Shown here in pieces: positions 63,736 to 64,000 of a stretch of 64,000 nucleotides of DNA. Origin of the DNA: an uncultured cyanobacterium (GTDB lineage Bacteria; Cyanobacteriota; Cyanobacteriia; PCC-9006; JAAUQQ01); NCBI GenBank assembly GCA_963718615.1, contig OY970368.1:640001-704000 (forward strand), written 5' to 3'. The first letter of the stretch is position 1. Every line of letters begins with the position of its first letter. Below the pieces are notes generated by a model. It was given only the letters and a program-made list of their open reading frames with translations. It did not search any database and was not told the origin of the DNA. A program made the position numbers and the translations under genes.

Positions 63736-63870
63736 CGATAATCTGGATGCGGTAACGCTTGGGGTGAACCGTTGAGCAGGATTCAGACCGTTGAACTGAA
63801 AGAAGGTCAGACCGGCAATATCGTGGTTGCGGATTTGGTGATCCTCACGGCCAAACACGTCGAAGACTAC
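63736..63870 (+). repeat. 135-bp direct repeat, copy 2 (truncated GNAT 5' fragment, 33 codons)
   Basis: MSRIQTVELKEGQTGNIVVADLVILTAKHVEDY, after which homology ends abruptly. Confidence 0.92.
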
Positions 63871-63900
63871 CACGGAGCCTACGGGGGTTGGGTTTCTGGG

Positions 63901-64000
63901 CTAGTTGGCCACCTCAGCCATCTCAATAATGCGTCCCTCGTAGTCTTTTACCAAAAAGTTCAGCGGCTTTTCCCTGCGGATTTTGTACTTCAGCCCCCGC
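63901..64000 (-). CDS. 3' end of a cyanobacterial glyoxalase-like (VOC) protein
   Basis: ...RGLKYKIRREKPLNFLVKDYEGRIIEMAEVAN*; family from memory. Confidence 0.6.
   Translation of the reverse strand, partial: RGLKYKIRREKPLNFLVKDYEGRIIEMAEVAN

Noticed and set aside
1-64000. GCGATCGC over-representation as a novel repeat
   Set aside because: This is the well-known cyanobacterial HIP1; used only as a marker of native versus foreign DNA
1-64000. tRNA, rRNA, integrase or att sites at island borders
   Set aside because: None recognised by eye; a covariance-model scan would be needed to exclude small RNAs

Overview
Cyanobacterial chromosomal window: the HIP1 octamer GCGATCGC is abundant and kaiABC, ccmK3/K4, pipX and an hli gene are present. 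Conserved housekeeping blocks alternate with three accessory islands. (1) About 14.9-21.6 kb: a decayed type I restriction-modification locus with fic, IS1 and a tandem-repeat gene remnant. (2) About 33.4-44.2 kb: a CHAT-protease remnant, a glycosyltransferase/ABC/phosphotransferase operon and a phage-like metallopeptidase cassette. (3) About 48.5-63.9 kb, downstream of lysS: a sigma-factor module, a second type I R-M locus carrying an IS605 (tnpA/tnpB), vapBC and an IS3 in hsdR, and a GNAT cassette with a partial duplication. The strongest unexplained signal is a polarised strand bias. The + strand is G/T-rich just 5' of variable cassettes and C/A-rich just 3' of them, down to the scale of individual HsdS target-recognition domains. 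Several dead genes in these flanks appear shortened by internal deletions that keep the reading frame. All calls come from recognising sequence by eye; no database searches were run.
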